The translations under genes and the position numbers were made by a program. Shown piece by piece: positions 25,502 through 38,736 of a stretch of DNA of 64,000 nucleotides (the first letter of the stretch is position 1; every line of letters begins with the position of its first letter). The stretch is from Massalongia carnosa (taxonomy: Eukaryota): contig OZ287067.1 in the NCBI GenBank assembly GCA_965645245.1, positions 1,984,001 to 2,048,000 on the forward strand. The letters are read 5' to 3'. The notes under the pieces are model-generated. The model saw only the letters and a list, made by a program, of their open reading frames with translations. It searched no databases and was not told where the DNA came from.

Positions 25502-25911
25502 TGTGTACAGAGTACTTATCGGTGATGTACGAATGGCATGTGGCTTACAGGTGGCTGAGCCCCTAGCTAGCCCTAGTTATCGGTTGTCTCTGATTGGCTA
25601 CTCTCATATGCTGTGGCGCTCTACGGATACAGAGCACTACCTATTCTGTATTCATGAGTATCGACCGTACGCGCAGAGTCTCATGCACAAAAGCCATTCA
25701 ACCATCGATTAGCTAGATAAGTATGTGGTGTGATATTACCTATAGTTCAGAAGTTTTCTCTTTCCCAATCTACCCGAGGCTATCCCTTTCCATTTACCTC
25801 GATCCTCCGTCATCTCTACTCTATCTAGGATCCCATCAGAGCAAATCGGCGCGTGAATTTACCCCCGCTACCAACTAAAAGCGGGCGGAGCAGCACCTGT
25901 TACTTCTGAAA

Positions 25912-27748
25912 ATGGGAGTAATCCGCAAGAAAACCATTACGCGGGGTACTGAAGGAGGCTTAAAATATATCTGCGACATCTGTTCCGCGGACATAACATC
26001 CACCGTGAGTGTATTCCTCGTCCTGCGCCTATTGCGTCTTGACATTCGTGGTCATGCCTAATCTCGGTACGAGCTGCGCTCATACATTCTAGGTCCGCAT
26101 CCGATGTGCACATCATGTCTGTAATGACTATGACCTCTGCGTGCCCTGTTTCGCTAAAGGTGAAGCTTCGCGTGATCACGATCCAAAATCGCATCCATTT
26201 TCCGTAATCGAGCAGCATTCTATACCGATCTACACCCAAGACTGGGGTGCCGATGAGGAGCTGTTGCTGCTGGAAGGGGCGGAAGTCTACGGGTTGGGAT
26301 CATGGGCAGATATCGCAGATCATATTGGAGGCTTCCGAACTAAAGAGGAGGTTCGAGACCATTATATCAAGACGTATATTGAAAGTTCTAAATTTCCCCT
26401 CCCGGAAAGAGCAGACCCAAAAGATATCAGTCTAGTGGAGGAGAACCCACGGGAAAAGTTTCAGGCGCGGAAGAAACGACGAATAGAGGAGCGGAAGGAA
26501 GCAGCCAAGTCGGCTCCACCTGCAACCCCCAAGCAAAAACCTACGGCCAGCGTCCCAGCATGTCATGAAGTCCAAGGCTATATGCCAGGCCGTTTGGAAT
26601 TCGAAACCGAGTTTGCCAATGAGGCCGAAGAGGCCGTCCAGCACATGCAGTTCGAGCCAGGCGACGGCACAAACCCACGCACCAACACTCTTGACCCAGA
26701 AATGGAGCTTAAAATGGTCGTCATGGACATCTACAACTCGCGCCTCACATCTCGCGCTGATCGCAAGAAGGTCGTCTTTGAGCACGGTCTGCTTGAATAC
26801 CGGAAAAATGCTGCGTTTGATAAAAAGCGCACCAAAGAAGAGCGCGACCTGCTCAACAAGGCCAAGCCCTTCGCCCGCATGATGAACCACACCGACTTTG
26901 AGGCCTTTACTGGCAGTCTAGAATTTGAACACAACCTGCGCCAGGCCATCGGCCAGCTACAGGATTGGCGACAGGTTCGAATCGGCGACCTCAAGACCGG
27001 TGAGAAGTATGAAGCCGATAAACACATCCGTGCCCAGCGGCCTGCACCCACGGGCACTTTTGACCGCCTTGCTGGTGTGCGCGCCTCAAAGCCCACTCCG
27101 CCTATCGAAATCCCTTCTGCAACCACAGCGCTCACTGCGCCCGAACTCCCTGAACGCCTGAAACCAACCCCGCCAGCCCTCATCGCCCTTCCCCTAGATC
27201 CCCCCCCCCCAAGCGGCGTAACGATAGCGACCACAAATAGCATCTATGCCAAAGGCCCTCTTACAAACGGCACCTCCAACCTTCCAACGCCGCAACGCTC
27301 TCTGCCAAAACCTCACTACCATATTCCCCCACTGTCCGGCACGCTACCGCTCAAGCTTGCTAACGAGAACGCGACGGACCTGCACTTGTTGACAAAGGAG
27401 GAGGCTGAGCTGTGCAGCGTGCTGCGACTTATGCCAAAGCCATACCTCGTCATCAAAGAAGGTTTAATCAAGGAAGCTATGAAGAGTGGGGGAGGGCTGA
27501 AGCGGAAATCCGCTAAGGAGGTATGCAAGGTACGTTTGTGGGTAGTTTCGTCCCTTGCTCCTGTTTTCGTCTAGAGACCAAACTGAAATGTTACTATTAC
27601 TCTCCATGTATCAATTTCGGGGGAAGAAAGCTTTCCTAGAAGCAATATATGCTGATTTTATGGAATGACGGGAAACTAGATCGATCCAACGAAAAGCGCC
27701 CGCATATTCGATTTCTTTGTACATTCGGGTTGGATACAGAAAACTTGA
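25912..27748 (+). CDS. ADA2: SAGA transcriptional adaptor Ada2
   Basis: ZZ zinc finger ([11 protein letters not shown]...YDLCVPCF), SANT domain ([12 protein letters not shown]...GLGSWADIA), [10 protein letters not shown] and a C-terminal SWIRM ([11 protein letters not shown]). Confidence 0.96.
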
Positions 27749-28383
27749 CTTATTTTCCTCCCTGTGCGGCCAAGAGCTTGTTACAACTACTCCTACAAAT
27801 TTTTTTTTCCCGGTAAGACATCTGGGCGACGAACCCCTGGTAATGGGCTCGTCAAGAAACGGACTGTGTTGATCAGGAAGAAATCGGTGACGATGGGTTA
27901 GGATTTTGCTTGATCGTGATGCATCTATGTATGTGCTTAAAGCTTGATGTTTTGGTAACATACAGGATGGATTGAGGTATGAAAGTTATGATCACAGAGG
28001 CGTCGAAGGGTCGAAGCATCGAAGGGCCGAAGCACCTAAGAGACCAAACTAGAAAACAGAAACTATCGATCACCTTTTGTGGAAAAGAACTATGACCTGA
28101 ACGCTTTCTTAGCTCCTCTCCGGACGGCCGAGATACCTGATAAAGAACAAAACATAGCATGGTAACATGTTGTGCGCCCCACTGCACAACGCCGTTGCTG
28201 CCCACCTCCCTCATCACTAATTACCATGAGTAGGTATAATATCATCAAAGAAACCATTGGCCACGTTCCCAAAAAACCCCCCCCCAACCAATCGGCCGAG
28301 ATGAAGTATACAAATAGAAGCCGAGCCCATACATGATCCTGACCATAATGGTCGTTGCTTAGAGTTGTCATAATGTCATATTC

Positions 28384-30942
28384 TCATTGAAGTCTCATTT
28401 CCGGAAAAGTCTTCCGTTCATCAATGTTGACAGCATACTCGAAGATGCCCTCCTCGGTCGCCACATATCTACGCCAGCAAGCGAGCGGGACCAGTCAGAA
28501 AATCCCCAAAAGAGCGAGGAGGCACAGCCATATCATCAATGGAAAAGGCATTCATAACTTACAGGCTTCTCCCATCAACACTCCAACCCACCCCCATAGT
28601 CCCCACGCCTTCCTCTCTTCGGCCTGGCGTATCTGCGATACGCCTCATCATGTCTTGTTCGTGATCATCATACATACTCTCTACAGTCCTGGGTCGGTCA
28701 ATAGTCATTCCATGCAAAAGCCTTAACCTTTGCATGTTTGCGCTTGCGTTTCTGACTCGCTCCAACCGAGCAACTTGCTGTTGCTGCTGCACGCGTCGAT
28801 CGGCGGTCCTGGCAAGAGCAGTTTCGCGCTCTCGACGTGGACGGGCGGCAGTGTCGCCATTGGTGTTACCCGTGGCGGCTAGTTCCACGGTCGTAGGCCA
28901 TGGATCTCCTGATGTTGAGGTAGTGGTAGTGTCCTCAGCGTTGGACGCAAGACGAGAAGGTGAGGCTGAGAGTGTGGGCGTCGCTGTACCTATGGGCGCT
29001 AGGCTGGATGGGTGGGATGAATTTGAGGCATTTGTGGGATTGCCGTTAGAGATGACAACGGAACTTCGACGGCGAGGCTGATAGGAACGATCTCCAGCGC
29101 GGTTGCGGTCGAGGTTTCGTTGCCGCATGTAATCATGAATACTGTTTGTAACGCGGTTTGCTTGAGCAGCGTTATGCGCAACAGCCGCAGGGAGGCTAGA
29201 AGAAGCACCCGTAGCGTTTTGCGCGTCAACTTGTCTATCACTTGTTATAACTGAGGGTTGCAGATAGTTAAGGCTAAAGGGGTTCTGTTGAGCTGACTCT
29301 GGGCGTGCGCGTTCACTTTCTTGATTACGACTCAAGCGTATCGTGTCAAGCAACTGACGCTCGTTCTCAGTTAGAGCGTTGAATTCTTCCCGAAGCGCCA
29401 TTGAGCCGCCTTCTCGGGCCTCTCGTTCGATACGTCTTCTCTCGGCAGCAATCTCTATGTAAGCTGTCGCGTGACTGACTGCAGCAAGGTGATCCTGGGC
29501 ATCAAGAGCTTCGCGATGTCGCTCTACGAATCTTGCCTCAATCTCTAGTTGTCGTTGTTCGGAAGTGCTCTGGCTCTCTTCCAAGTCTGACATATTAATT
29601 CTGTTTAGGCTTGGAGATTCTATTTCAAGCTCAATTGTCTGCCTGGATCGAAACGCGTTGCGGAGATCTACAACGCACGCGCGACCCTGATCTTCGGCCC
29701 ATGCAAACAAGTCCCAGGGCGCTGGTGCAAAGCTCATGGAGCGTACAGCTCCACTATAGTCTAATCCAAGACATGGTCTGGATGACTTCAGAACGTCTAA
29801 TACGGCTTCATCTGGGTCCATGTCATCCCGAATCATGCTCGTACTGAATATGGTAATAGTGCCTGCTTGCGAGGCAACTGCACAGATGTGACCAGACGGG
29901 GAATACGCGGTCGAGAAGCATGCATCTGATGAAGGAGCTAGACTCAACTTTGGCTCCGCAATCTTCTGCCAAGCATATCTTGCAAATGTAACTTCACCCA
30001 CATTCGGAAAACCAGGCAATCGAAGCCTTCTGTAGAAAAAGGCTTGCGGTTTATCTCCTACCGCAACCAGTAGCTTCCCATCAGGTGAAATCAAAGCATG
30101 ATTCATTTGCGTTGGGAAGCATAGCGTGTCGAGGATCCGAGACTGAGTCAATGAGAATATTCGTACAGTCTTATCATTATTTCTAGATCTGTTAAAACCT
30201 GTTTTCTCCTCATATTACGCATACTTACGTTAGTACCACCACAACTTCATCTTCAAATCCTTTCAGCTCGCTATGCAGCCGGTGTATTGTGACTGAATTG
30301 ACAATAGATTCTCCGACCTCATGTATTTGAACCTCTGGTTTTCGGCGACGGGTGGTGGTTTCAAATGATTGGCTTTGTTGAAGAAAATTGCGGGCGAGAA
30401 GTCGCGATTCGGGGTCGAGATCCAGAGGCAAGAGAGCATCAACTTCTGCAGGATTATGCACAGCTCTGTTTCTGCTTTCATTCAGGTCCTCCTCGCCAAC
30501 AAATATAAAGGCACATCGTCCACCTTCCGACCCCCCGATGCATATCCATCCATGGCCCGAATCCAGACATTGTGGTTTCCATGGCAAGCTTGCGATCAGT
30601 TCTCTTTTCCGACTAGAAACATGTAGCGCATAGACTTGATCATCTGAAGCGTAACATATCACATCAGGTGCGGATGTGCTGATAAAGTTCTTGAGCTGAT
30701 GATGCCTTTCGAATATTTAGCGTCATGGGCGCCCTCCATGGAGTTGAAAGTTTCAAGCTTACTGCTTGGGGATCTTGATTGGAAAGAATGTTGTTTGTGA
30801 AAGTTGAATCAATGAATTGGTTTCTCGAGGACTGTCATTTCCCATTAGTCCATGGCCGGTAGGATGGATAGAGAGTGAAGTGTGAACAATCACGCAAACA
30901 AACACAGTTGTTCCGTACTCACATTGTGACATCAATCGTCAT
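28384..30942 (-). CDS. DUF2415 / WD40-like protein (Gid11-like)
   Basis: HHQLKNFIS, MNHALISPDGKLLVAVGD, CFSTAYSPSG, GAVRSMSFAPAPWDLFAWAEDQGRACVVDLR; the last exon is YVATEEGIFEY. Confidence 0.82.
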
Positions 30943-31525
30943 GTTGCGTAAATTGCATTGAATGAGAAACAGCTGACTGAATCCTACTGTCCCACTATTC
31001 TCTCTAGTCTCGATGCTCTCAGAAGCTTGTTATCGAGCCGCGTCCCGGTATAGTACGAGATCAGCTTACGTTTTTCCACAAAAGCCACAAAGTAATTTCA
31101 CCTTGTGTACGGGGTACAGAGTACTTGGTAATGTAGCGTTTGCTGGGTATCTGTGTCTGTGGGTATGTGGTTGTTTTGTATTTGATTTGATTTAATTTGC
31201 ATTACTCTCAAATCTGAGGGAGTAGCGAACCTAGATATGTACTGTACTCTTGTATCTGTACATAGTACAGAGTGCTACTCTGTACTATGTATCGAAAACC
31301 ATACCAATACGGTGCACCGTCAGAGCTTCTGAAAGACGAACTAAAAGTTCAGTTGCATGTGACTTGTTCTATCGATTTCTACGCTAACCTGAATCTTTAA
31401 ATTTTTTTCGTCTTCATCATTTCGTGCCATCGTTGGACTTCAGATTTCTGTTCATCTCTCCGTCACCCGTTCCAACCCAAAAGTCCTCGGCTTTTCATAT
31501 TCAGGCTCTTAAGACATCATTCATC

Positions 31526-33751
31526 ATGTTATCCGGAAGTCTAGCTAGATATGTAAGATTCTCCTACTGCTCATGCGACGCTCACTATAACTAATATCAT
31601 GCCTTATAGCTACCTCGCGCAGCCTCCCCCCTTCCTCGCTCATCCGTGGCCTTCGTCCGTTCTCCCTTGGCGCCCTCCTTTTTAAGATATCAGTCAAATG
31701 GCACTGAAGAAAAGGTTAAAGGCCAAGTGATCGGTATCGATCTCGGTATGTGCTAAATGGTTACTACTCACCATTTATTTGACAAACTTTTAATCATATT
31801 TGCAGGAACAACAAACTCGGCAGTAGCAGTAATGGAAGGCAAGACCCCAAAAATAATAGAAAACTCAGAAGGTAGGTTAAAGTTATCCCTAGGGTTACAG
31901 AAGTCCTGTACTTATTTGCTTTTAGGTACCAGAACAACGCCATCAGTAGTGGCGTTCGCCCAGGATGGAGAACGGCTAGTTGGTATCTCAGCCAAGCGTC
32001 AAGCCGTCGTAAACCCAGAAAACACACTATTTGCCACCAAGCGTCTCATCGGACGAAAGTATACAGATGCCGAATGTCAGCGAGACATCAAGCAAGTTCC
32101 TTATAAAATCGTTCAGCATTCGAACGGTGATGCATGGGTTGAAGCTCGAGGACAAAAATACTCGCCGTCACAGATTGGTGGTTTCGTGCTACAGAAGATG
32201 AAGGAGACTGCTGAGGCTTATTTAAATAAGAATATTAAGAACGGTGTAGTCACAGTACCGGCTTACTTCAACGATTCTCAACGTCAAGCTACCAAAGATG
32301 CCGGGCAGATTGCTGGACTTAACGTTTTGCGAGTGGTCAATGAACCTACCGCTGCTGCGCTTGCCTATGGTCTTGAGAAAGAGGAAGACCGAGTTATCGC
32401 CGTGTACGATCTGGGTGGAGGCACCTTCGATATATCAATTCTTGAAATACAGAAGGGTGTTTTTGAGGTCAAGTCTACCAATGGCGATACGCACCTCGGG
32501 GGAGAGGATTTTGACATCAGCCTCGTTCGCTATCTAGTCAATCAGTTCAAAAAGGATTCCGGCATCGATTTATCCAACGATCGCATGGCAATTCAGCGCA
32601 TTCGGGAAGCTGCGGAGAAAGCGAAGATTGAGCTCTCCTCTACCTTACAGACCGATATTAATCTTCCATACATTACAGCGGACGCTTCGGGACCGAAGCA
32701 TATCAACCTAAAAATGTCTCGGTCTCAACTAGAAGCGCTCGTCGATCCTCTGATCACCCGAACCCTAGATCCTGTTAGGAAAGCACTCAAGGATGCCAAT
32801 CTACAGGCTAAAGATATTCAAGAGGTAATACTTGTGGGCGGAATGACCCGGATGCCCAAGGTCACAGAATCAGTGAAGAGCATATTCGGTCGAGATCCAG
32901 CAAAGTCGGTTAATCCAGATGAGGCAGTCGCTATCGGTGCGGCTATCCAAGGTGCTGTCTTGGCTGGTGAGGTGATGGATGTTCTCCTTCTCGATGTAAC
33001 GCCCTTATCTTTGGGAATCGAAACCCTCGGGGGCGTCTTTACGCGTTTGATCAATCGTAACACGACGATTCCTACGAAGAAATCCCAGATATTCTCTACT
33101 GCGGCAGATTTTCAAACTGCTGTAGAAATTAAGGTCTACCAGGGAGAACGTGAGCTAGTCCGTGACAATAAGCTCCTCGGAAACTTTCAGTTGGTCGGCA
33201 TTCCCCCTGCACACCGTGGCGTTCCCCAAGTGGAAGTTACCTTTGACATTGATGCCGACTCTATTGTACATGTGCATGCCAAGGATAAGTCCACTAACAA
33301 GGACCAATCTATCACTATTGCTTCAGGATCTGGTCTTTCAGATAGCGAAATTCAAAGTATGGTGAATGACGCTGAGAAGTACGGCGAGCAAGACAAGGAG
33401 CGCAAGGCTGCCATCGAGGCCGCGAACCGGGCGGATAGCGTTCTCAACGATACTGAAAAAGCGCTGAAAGAGTTCGCTGATAAGCTAGACAAGACTGAGT
33501 CGGATCAAATCCGGGAAAAGATAGCAAGTCTACGGGAGTTCGTCGCAAAGAACCAGACAGGCGAGGGTACTGCTACAGCAGCCGAACTCAAGGAAAAGAC
33601 GGATGAGCTACAAATGGCAAGCTTGAATCTTTTCGACAAAATGCACAAGGCGCGAGCCGAGGACCAGCAATCACCGCCTCCTAGTAATGCTGGTGAGACC
33701 CCACCCAACGACGGACAGGCTGGTAGCCAGGACGGTGAGAGGAAGCCATAA
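31526..33751 (+). CDS. SSC1: mitochondrial Hsp70
   Basis: Arg/Ser-rich presequence ending [37 protein letters not shown] and a DnaK-like C-terminus without EEVD or HDEL. Confidence 0.97.
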
Positions 33752-34293
33752 ACGAAGACCCGGTTCAAAAGCTGTCCCATTTTAGCTATTTGCCTGTGTC
33801 TTCCAGTTTCATACATGTCTGTACTCTTATCCCATCCCTCTTGTATCGGTCGGTATTTTACACCACTTACGCGGGCAATTTTTCTGCGTAATGTCTTCAT
33901 ACTTGTTGAATTGGCGGGTCTTCGATCTCGTGAGCATGGTGGAGCGCTTTCTTGTAATTACATAGGTTGGGGGTTTCGGATGAGACAACTCCTCTCAATT
34001 GGGTGTGTTTGGGTGTTAGAAAGGTCAATAAGAAAGATCTCATACCAAACAGAGCAATGGTGGTCTATAGCCAACTAGCTAGCTGAGTTGTATCTCGTTA
34101 GCATAACGTCCCGTTGAAAAGATTTTGGACAAATAAAAGGTCAAAAAGAGTCCAGATGATTCCGGTCATGTGTCTTCAGCCCTAAACAACTGACTCTGAC
34201 CTCTTCCTGACCCTACAAACACGCCGAGCACGGAAACACTCCTACATTTAACATATCTCACAACCAGCCCTTCCACTCACCAATTTCACCAGG

Positions 34294-35701
34294 ATGGACA
34301 AGGTCCAGGCGTTTGGAAAGAACATCACGTAGGTCCCCAAGGAGCAAGGGTCTGTGGCAGCAACGCCAGGCACCACTCATGCCTATTATAGCTAATCGAG
34401 GATTCTGCTAGCTCTTCGTTTTCTCCTTTTGCAGCACGAACGGGACAGTATATCAAGGAGCAATTTACTCATGTCGATGACAAGGTATACTCTACTTCTT
34501 CAATCCAGAACCTAATTCGTGCTGAAGGGAACGTAATCTAGACTGAGCTCCCGCCTGATTATATTGAACTCGAAAAGCGTGTCGATGCTCTCAAGCAAGT
34601 CCACCAAAAGCTCCTTCAAGTAACGTGCGTCCCGGAATCTCTTTTCTCTTCGGGGTCTCCAAGCCCTAAAACCTTCGTTCCTACAGCTCCCAATACACGA
34701 ACGAAGCCTACGACTACCCGCCCAACATCCGCGAATCCTTTGTCGACCTGAGCCGTACCATCACCGACAAAGTCCATCTTCTCTCGACCGCAACCACCCC
34801 CGCCGAAGCCGGCGCTGCCTTCACTGCCCCTCCCTCATCCAAGCCCCAACCAAAAACCTTCTCTCACGCCATCGCCCGCGCCGCACTTGCCGGCTCCCAC
34901 CTCCTTACCCAAGTTGAACCTTCCTCTTCATCGGTTGAAGACCCGCTAGCGGCCGCACTTGAGAAGTATGCGCTCGCCTCCGAGAAGGTCGGCGAGGCCC
35001 GGTTAGCACAGGATGCGCAGATCCAGCAGCGCTTTCTGGCTGGGTGGAGCACGACGTTGAACACGAACTTAATGTTTGCTACCCGAGCGAGGCGTGGGGT
35101 GGAGAATTCGAGGCTAGGGCTCGACGCGGCTAAGTCCAAGGGGAAGGCAGCGGGGGGCGGAAGGGGCATGAATCCGGACGACGAAATGATGACCGAGGAG
35201 GCCCGCGCGGAGGTAGAGCAGAAGGAGGACGAATTTGTGGCTCAGACGGAGGAGGCGGTGGGCGTGATGAAGAACGTGCGTTGCGACTTTTTCTTGCCTT
35301 TCGGTATCTTTTTTTGCTTTATTCCAATAACCGAGGTCAGTTTCGGCTAATGCGCATCGTTCAAAATCTAGGTCCTTGATACCCCCGAGCCCTTACGCAA
35401 CCTAGCCGACCTCATCGCCGCGCAGCTCGAGTTTCACAAACGGGCCTACGAGATCCTGAGTGAGCTCGCGCCTGAAGTGGATGGTTTGCAAGTCGAGCAA
35501 GAGGTGCGTTTTCCAAAACGTCTCTTAATCCCTACCTGTCGCCTTCATTCCCTCACTTTACGATGCCTGACCTTGAAAACCACTACGTGTACCTTTTACC
35601 CGATGCAGTTGTATATTTACGAGGGTTTTCCTTCTAACGACCAACTTACTAATTGGTGCTCGATTCAGGCTAGCTACAGGAAAAGCCGTGAAGGTGCTTA
35701 A
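34294..35701 (+). CDS. GVP36: BAR-domain protein Gvp36
   Basis: Spliced: MDKVQAFGK...TELPPDYIELEKRVDALKQVHQKLL...EAYDYPPNIRESF...EDEFVAQTEEAVGVMKN|VLDTPEPLRNL...ASYRKSREGA*. Confidence 0.88.
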
Positions 35702-36534
35702 GCATTCATCACTTTGCATATCCCCTTCGGCTTTTCGTCTGGCGGAATATGGTTGGGTTTTGGTGCTTGGTTTTCACTTTCGCTGTCCACTCCAAACCAA
35801 AATAAGCTCCCAGGAATGCTTTCCTATCACTATCTACGTCTCTCGTGCGTAGCAGCGAGGATTCCTTCTATGCCCTAAACTCAATTATGGGGATTCTTTT
35901 GTCTCTTATCGAACTTGGTGAACCTCGATCTCCTGTCCAAAACCGGTGAAACCCACACTTCACGGTGTTCGCAAACCGTCGACCCTCCCTACTTTGGCTT
36001 CTTTCTTCTATTATGGGCATCCTTGCCTGATAGAAATTATTGAGCCCTTTCGTTTACGAGGTTTGGCTTTGTTAGGGCTAACTAAAGGGGGGGTGGGCAA
36101 AATGGAGTCCATGAGTGGTCGTGTATCGGTCATCTACGAGCAAGGAGGCCTTTGATTGTTCCTGGTATTTCCTGTTTTCCTGTTTGAGACTAGGAGACGG
36201 GGGATTGGCAAGCTTATCGAGAGTCCCTAGGAGAGAAGTAGAGAAGGGATTTCGTTCCATCTGTCACCTCTGAATCCCGCTCCTTCGAGCAAAATTTTCT
36301 CTTCCTCCCCTCCACTACTTTCCTGTGAGCATCCTGGGGAAGCGCTCGCGAATCATGTAGACATCTCAGGGCTTTTTCTCCCGCCCAGCTGCCTCTGACC
36401 GACTTAGGTTATACGTATCAGAATATTGACTCCATACCCCGAAGACTAAGGTCCAAAACCAGGTAGATAGATATTCATCCTCCGCACGCAGCTCGGCAAG
36501 AAAGCGTCGACGTGTCCAATGTAACCTTCTCGCC

Positions 36535-38100
36535 TCACCCCCTTCCACTCAGCCCCACAGTTCCTCTCACCACCCCCCCAACCACCCTTGCCGCCACCCA
36601 CCCGGTCCCAACCAACCCGCCGGCGACCAGATACCCGCATCCCAACAAGATGCGTAGCGCCTCAAGGTTCTGCACCGCGACGACCCACTCGACGCCACGG
36701 GCGACGCCGCCACCTGGGTCGTCGTACTGCCATACCACCATCAATAGCGGGAAAAGCTTCATGTTCGATGAGACGAAAAGGGCGGTGGAGATGGCAGAGG
36801 GGGTGGGTTGGACGGAGAGTGGGGGGAGGGTTGTGGTGGATCCCGGGATCGAGGTGAAAGTGAGCGAAGAAGATGACGATGACGATGAGGTTGAGGAATA
36901 AAAAGGAGAGGAGATGGATAGCCAGGCGGCGGCGAGATGGCGCACAGTAAGGTGCTGGGCCGCCGTTGTGAGGACGGAAAGGAGGAGGTAGAAGGCGTAT
37001 TGGCAGAGGATGGGGAGGTGGGGGATCGGTGACGCGGCTGTTTGCAGGGCAGGCAGAGATTCGATATGCGTCCAGGTAAGATAGACATCGAAAAGTAGGA
37101 GGAGGATGCCCAGGCGGGTTATCGATGGCTGCGAATCGACCGGACAGGGAAAGCCGTTCAGCTAGGTTGGAGTGGGTGGAAGAAGAGAAAGGAAGGAGGG
37201 GAGGTTAGGCAACGTACGTCTAGTTCGTCGTAGTCGCGGCCGAGGCGATTAAAGAGGAGGTGACGGTAAACCTGGGTTCGCAATGGCGTTGTTGTAACCA
37301 ATCAGCATATTTGGTTTACTCTCTGTTCAAATGAGCAATGCTTTCCCTTTCGCTCTGCAGCCACAACATCTAGTAATACTCAAATAATCTCGTTCGTTTT
37401 CCCCTTCCCAGGGCCCAACAATCCCCCCCCCTTTTTTTCCCCCTATTTGCAATGACAGTCTCCCCCTTCTTCCCATGCCAGCAACTAAGATTCCGGAAGC
37501 TTCCCCCTTACAATGAAGAAGCCTACCAAAAGAAAATGAGAAAAAGAAAGAAATAAGAAAGAAAAAACACACCTGCGGCTTTACAAGCACCAGATCGATA
37601 AACAGCACCACGAAGTCATGCTCGACGTATTTGTCCGCGAACCGCCTACATCGCGGACACTGCGTCAATCTTACGTCCCCCCCTCCTCCTCCCTTTCCTT
37701 TCTTTCGTCCTAAACTATCTCCTCCTCCTCCTCCTCCTCCTCCTCCTCCTCCTCCTCCTCCTCCTCCTCCTCCTCCTCCTCCTCCTCCTCCTCCTCCTCC
37801 TCCTCCTCCTCCTCCTCCTCCTCCTCCTCTTACTGCTGCTGCTGCTGCTGCCGCTCTATCGCCCGGAAAACCTCCTCTTCTCTGCTGCTGCTGCTGCCCC
37901 TCTCCCCCTTCGAGCGCAGGTTCTTTGTCGGCGCCGCTATCAGCAGCTTCGGACGGATTCGGCCCCGCGGAGTTGACTTCTACGCTCGGGCGGGATGGGT
38001 TCTGAGAGGGAGGGCCGGTTACGGATTTGTGCGTGTTGCTACTGTGAAGGACGTGGTAGAGTTGCGAAACGGGGTAGCGGCATTCGATGCAGATTGGCAT
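36535..38100 (-). CDS. ARV1: sterol/lipid homeostasis protein Arv1
   Basis: MPICIEC...LTQCPRCRRFADKYVEHDFVVLFIDLVLVKPQ|VYRHLLFNRL, ITRLGILLLLFDVYLTW and ALFVSSNMKLFPLLMVVWQYD. Confidence 0.9.
37720..37827 (-). repeat. perfect (GGA)36 coding microsatellite (36 Gly) in ARV1 exon 1
   Basis: 108 bp of uninterrupted TCC on the + strand, in frame with ARV1. Confidence 0.95.
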
Positions 38101-38736
38101 TGGGAGCGCTTGTTTTTGGTTTTGGTCTCGGTCCTAGGTTTAGCATGGGGGAAGCTCGGTTGAGTTTTCGGTACAGAAACGGGAGAATATAAAATAAAGG
38201 GGATGTCTCGCTTCCGTTTGGATGAAAGGTTTTCGTTGGTTATAGCTTTACGTATTGAGGCTGCAAATCGGTAAGTAGTACCCATTAAGGCGATTGTTTA
38301 TACGCTACGGTTGATGGGCTATTCACAAAATACGTGGTTAAGCGGAATGGCATTAGGTTCGTTAATATGGCTAGATAGCCAAACTTGTATCCGAAGGAAA
38401 GAATGCTCTCTCTTCCCTCTAAGGAAACCCCAAGACCCCGAAATGAAATGAAGGAACGCATCGCTACCGATAGGATGATTTGTTTCCTTCACCTTTCGCC
38501 ATCGAACCCAGTGAGCCATAATGTTTGACCGAAATCGTAGCTGCTAGAGTTCTAGTCTTAGTCATCCATATTGAATCGGAGAGTCAAGTGGGGAGGAAGT
38601 TGATATCATATCAGTGCCAACGAATAAAGCGATCGCTGAGCAGCAAGAGCTATGTCAGAGTTGCCAGCATGGCCTTGATAAGCCTTGGATCGGGAGCTAC
38701 CGTCAGGGAAGTATCAGCCCCCCTCTTCCTCTCCAA

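Noticed and set aside
37631..38005. Poly-proline ORF on the + strand
   Set aside because: It is the antisense reading of the ARV1 (GGA)36 tract.
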